From IMG/VR virus record IMGVR_UViG_2671180636_000007: a DNA stretch of 10,092 nucleotides; one strand, written 5' to 3'. Made by a program: the position numbers and the translations under genes. Position 1 is the first letter of the stretch; every line of letters begins with the position of its first letter. Below, one piece after another: positions 6,802 through 10,092 of the stretch. The stretch comes from a virus (taxonomy: Duplodnaviria; Heunggongvirae; Uroviricota; Caudoviricetes). The notes beneath the pieces were generated by a model. The model saw nothing but the letters and a program-made list of their open reading frames with translations, did not search any database and was not told the DNA's origin.

Positions 6802-8547
6802 ATGAGNNNNNNNNNNNNNNNNNNNNNNNNNNNNNNNNNNNNNNNNNNNNNNNNNNNNNNNNNNNNNNNNNNNNNNNNNNNNNNNNNNNNNNNNNNNNNN
6901 NNNNNNNNNNNNNNNNNNNNNNNNNNNNNNNNNNNNNNNNNNNNNNNNNNNNNNNNNNNNNNNNNNNNNNNNNNNNNNNNNNNNNNNNNNNNNNNNNNNN
7001 NNNNNNNNNNNNNNNNNNNNNNNNNNNNNNNNNNNNNNNNNNNNNNNNNNNNNNNNNNNNNNNNNNNNNNNNNNNNNNNNNNNNNNNNNNNNNNNNNNNN
7101 NNNNNNNNNNNNNNNNNNNNNNNNNNNNNNNNNNNNNNNNNNNNNNNNNNNNNNNNNNNNNNNNNNNNNNNNNNNNNNNNNNNNNNNNNNNNNNNNNNNN
7201 NNNNNNNNNNNNNNNNNNNNNNNNTATCTGATTGGGTCAATTTATACGGTAATGCTGCCATCCGCTTACCGTTCGGAATTGGGGGCTTACTATACCCCCC
7301 CACCTTTGGTAGCGCGTCTCTTGGACCTGGCTGAAAAGTCTGGTGTTGATTTTTCTCATGCATCGGTTATTGATCCTGCGTGTGGTGGCGGTGCATTTTT
7401 GGCACCAGTAGCCATTCGAATGTTAAAAAAAGACAAGGGGTCTTCCCCTGAATGGATGTTGAGGAGAATCAGTCGTCGTTTAAAGGGGATAGAGATCGAT
7501 CCATTTGCGGCTTGGATGAGTTTGGTATTGCTCGAATCTGTACTAATGCCACTATGTGTAAAGGTAAAACGTAGATTGCCTGAAGATACAATTATTGTTG
7601 CTGATGCGCTTCAGCAAGATAAATTTTCTGGTTATGATCTTGTGGTAGGGAATCCGCCTTACGGACGTGTCACTCTCGATATTAAAACGAGAGAAAAATA
7701 TTCTCGTTCGTTATTTGGTCATGCAAATCTATATGGATTGTTCACCGACTTAGCTGTTCGCATGGTTAAAGAGAAAACAGGAGTTATTGCATTTCTTACG
7801 CCAACTTCTTTTCTTGGTGGGCAGTATTTCACCGCGCTGCGAACCCTTTTGACCGAAAAAACTACTCCGTATGCCCTTGATTTCGTCACTGACAGGGATG
7901 GGGTCTTTGACGATGTTCTCCAGGAAACAATGTTGACAGCATTCAAGGCGGGAGAACATAAAGTTCGGGCCCAGGTATCCTCACTTGTCCCTAAGGGGTT
8001 GAACAAAGCAAAAATTGAGAAAATAGGTAATGTTGATATAGAAAAAGGTGGAGCAACGTGGCTTTTGCCACGCGTTAAAGATGATGCCTGTTTTCTTAAT
8101 GTATTAAAACAGATGTCTACGCGTTTAGCTGATCTGGGATACTCAGTCTCTACAGGTCAGTTAGTCTGGAATCGATTTAAGTCGCAGTTGCGTACGACGA
8201 AAGGAAAAAATAGCTACCCATTAGTCTGGGCGGAATCAATAACTTCAGCTGGTTTTCGTTTTAGTGCAGACAGAAAAAATCATGTTCCCTATATCGATAT
8301 AACCCCACAACAGGGTTTCCTTGTGACAAAATCTGAATGTGTGCTTGTTCAGCGGACAACATCGAAGGAACAGGACAGAAGGATTTTAGCGGCAATTTTA
8401 CCTCAGGGATTTATAGATGAAACTGGTGGCGTAGTAGTTGAAAACCATATTAATATTGTATATTCAAACGGATTGTTCTCTGCGGTTCGCCCTGATGTTA
8501 TTGATATGCTACTTAATTCGCATGTTGTCGATCGGGCGTTCAGGTGT
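6802..8547 (+). CDS. Gamma-class N6-adenine DNA methyltransferase (Eco57I/PstI-methylase-like) of a restriction-modification system; both ends lie in masked sequence
   Basis: The visible 441 codons (7225-8547) contain GAYYTPPPLVARLLDL, motif I DPACGGGAFLAP (FxGxG-type SAM pocket) and motif IV NPPYGR (N6-adenine catalytic motif) in the gamma-class order. A possible in-frame ATG at 6802 (no clear SD) precedes masked block 6807-7224, so the true start could be there or inside the mask. The 3' end is in masked block 8548-9254. Confidence 0.85.
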
Positions 8548-9254
8548 NNNNNNNNNNNNNNNNNNNNNNNNNNNNNNNNNNNNNNNNNNNNNNNNNNNNN
8601 NNNNNNNNNNNNNNNNNNNNNNNNNNNNNNNNNNNNNNNNNNNNNNNNNNNNNNNNNNNNNNNNNNNNNNNNNNNNNNNNNNNNNNNNNNNNNNNNNNNN
8701 NNNNNNNNNNNNNNNNNNNNNNNNNNNNNNNNNNNNNNNNNNNNNNNNNNNNNNNNNNNNNNNNNNNNNNNNNNNNNNNNNNNNNNNNNNNNNNNNNNNN
8801 NNNNNNNNNNNNNNNNNNNNNNNNNNNNNNNNNNNNNNNNNNNNNNNNNNNNNNNNNNNNNNNNNNNNNNNNNNNNNNNNNNNNNNNNNNNNNNNNNNNN
8901 NNNNNNNNNNNNNNNNNNNNNNNNNNNNNNNNNNNNNNNNNNNNNNNNNNNNNNNNNNNNNNNNNNNNNNNNNNNNNNNNNNNNNNNNNNNNNNNNNNNN
9001 NNNNNNNNNNNNNNNNNNNNNNNNNNNNNNNNNNNNNNNNNNNNNNNNNNNNNNNNNNNNNNNNNNNNNNNNNNNNNNNNNNNNNNNNNNNNNNNNNNNN
9101 NNNNNNNNNNNNNNNNNNNNNNNNNNNNNNNNNNNNNNNNNNNNNNNNNNNNNNNNNNNNNNNNNNNNNNNNNNNNNNNNNNNNNNNNNNNNNNNNNNNN
9201 NNNNNNNNNNNNNNNNNNNNNNNNNNNNNNNNNNNNNNNNNNNNNNNNNNNNNN

Positions 9255-9909
9255 CTTTGATGCCGGGCTTGAAGGAGATTCGCTGCTGAGTGCAATAAGT
9301 TCCTGGCAAGAAAATCATTTGAACAAAGCCGCTCTTGCTAGGTTGCGTTTATTGAAATCAGGGGCAGTGATTGCTGCTGATGCCGTAGTCGTCACTTTCC
9401 CAAATGGAGAGAAGAGAACTTTAGCTCCGGGCCCGTCAAGTACAATAGCTAAGGCCGTCATCGAAGTTTTTGCTCCTAATTTTCTTAAGAATCCAACTGT
9501 GCTCTGGTTGTCTGAATCCGGGAATAAAGTTGTTGCTCAGGATGATGTATTGGCAAAAGCATTGGGGCTGAATATTGATGCCTCAAAAGCACTTCCAGAT
9601 ATTATTTTGATTGATTTGGGAGAGGACCGAACGGGTTCGGACATGCTTGTAGTTTTCACTGAAGTAGTTGCGACAGATGGGCCTATAAACAGGGAACGAA
9701 AAGTTACTCTCACTCATTTGGCTATTGACGCTGGGTTCAGCGAGAAAAATCTTGCATTCCTTACGGCATTTATGGACAGAAGTGCTCTGCCTTTTAAAAA
9801 GGCAATACCAGAATTGGCGTGGGGATCTTATGCATGGTTTGCTTCTGAACCGGAGCACTTAATTGATCTTCGGGATGGTTATCCGGTAAAGATCAGCCAG
9901 AGAAAATGA
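9255..9909 (+). CDS. Putative Type II restriction endonuclease, C-terminal 218 codons visible (BsuBI/PstI-like assignment tentative); the 5' end is masked and the protein could alternatively be the C-terminal part of an M-R fusion
   Basis: Protein-like frame immediately downstream of, and in the same frame as, the methyltransferase: ...LPDIILIDLGEDRTGSDMLVVFTEVVATDGPINRERKVTLTHLAIDAGFSEKNLAFLTAFMD...; stop TGA 9907-9909. The PD...D...E-V-V segment is reminiscent of a PD-(D/E)xK-type core, and the overall feel resembles BsuBI/PstI-family REase C-terminal domains (from memory, not a search). Position next to a gamma-class MTase supports an R role. Confidence 0.55.
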
Positions 9910-10018
9910 CCAAAGTTTGATATCCGCCACGCCCTGAAGGATGGGGGTTTTACGGTGCACTGGATAAAAAATCGGTTTCATAGATTTGCCCACCGTGGTA
10001 TACGCCTGCGATAAAAAC

Positions 10019-10035
10019 TTTATTGTCATCAACGG
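10019..10035. repeat. Downstream copy of the imperfect direct repeat flanking the restriction-modification cassette
   Basis: See the partner at 6730-6745. Confidence 0.3.
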
Positions 10036-10061
10036 CAAAAGCAATAATTGTTCTGTGGCGG

Positions 10062-10092
10062 GGTGATGCTGCCAACTTACTGATTTAGTGTA
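10062..10092 (+). mobile_element. IS1 left terminus (first 31 nt including the left inverted repeat); the rest of this copy lies beyond the window
   Basis: Seen: 'ggtgatgctgccaacttactgatttagtgta' at 10062-10092. From memory this is identical to the first 31 nt of IS1 (GGTGATGCTGCCAACTTACTGATTTAGTGTATGATGG...), in the same orientation as the IS1 end at 1-17. Confidence 0.85.

Noticed and set aside
7719-8006. Minus-strand ORFs 7719-8006, 7750-7959 and 6737-7363 inside the MTase region
   Set aside because: They are antisense to the MTase reading frame, which carries canonical methyltransferase motifs.
8438-9318. ORFs 8438-9289, 8509-9318, 8540-9295 and 8544-9260
   Set aside because: They consist almost wholly of masked positions (block 8548-9254) and so are artefacts of N translation.
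9583-9858. Minus-strand ORF 9583-9858
   Set aside because: It is antisense to the protein-like nuclease C-terminal coding region and has no RBS.
9930-9950. Possible rho-independent terminator after the nuclease gene (ccc...ggg followed by gggggtttta)
   Set aside because: The stem is only about 3 bp and the U-tract is short; too weak to call.
10031-10043. 13-nt identity 'aacggcaaaagca' with an internal IS1 segment (within insA, ...GCGTAACGGCAAAAGCACC...)
   Set aside because: There is no flanking similarity on either side. The estimated chance of one such 13-mer coincidence, given the visible sequence and IS1 length, is on the order of several percent, so this is not evidence of an IS1 fragment.

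Overview
About half of this 10,092-nt window is N-masked (roughly 5.2 kb in 11 blocks), so several gene boundaries cannot be seen and every ORF in the supplied track that runs through N blocks is unreliable. What is visible supports the following layout. (1) The window starts with the last 17 nt of an IS1 element and ends with the first 31 nt of another IS1 in the same orientation, so the whole segment is bracketed by directly repeated IS1 copies, as in Tn9-type composite elements. (2) Positions 2074-4890 carry a Rac/lambdoid-type prophage regulation and replication module on the + strand: a Cro-like HTH gene, a YdaT-position (CII-like) gene coupled by an ATGA overlap, a replisome-organizer (O-like) gene containing iteron-like GTCAC repeats at helical-turn spacing (candidate origin), and a DnaC-family helicase loader whose C-terminus is clearly recognisable. 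(3) Two uncharacterised genes follow: a tandem winged-helix-like protein and a small zinc-ribbon/coiled-coil protein. (4) The 3' third is an AT-richer cassette encoding a gamma-class N6-adenine DNA methyltransferase (motifs DPACGGGAF and NPPYGR visible) followed on the same strand and in the same frame by a putative restriction endonuclease C-terminal region, with a short imperfect direct repeat on either side of the cassette. No tRNA, rRNA or CRISPR array is visible in the unmasked sequence. The most interesting candidates are the IS1-bracketed composite structure, the restriction-modification cargo (possibly an M-R fusion), the two unknown genes just upstream of it, and the in-gene iterons.
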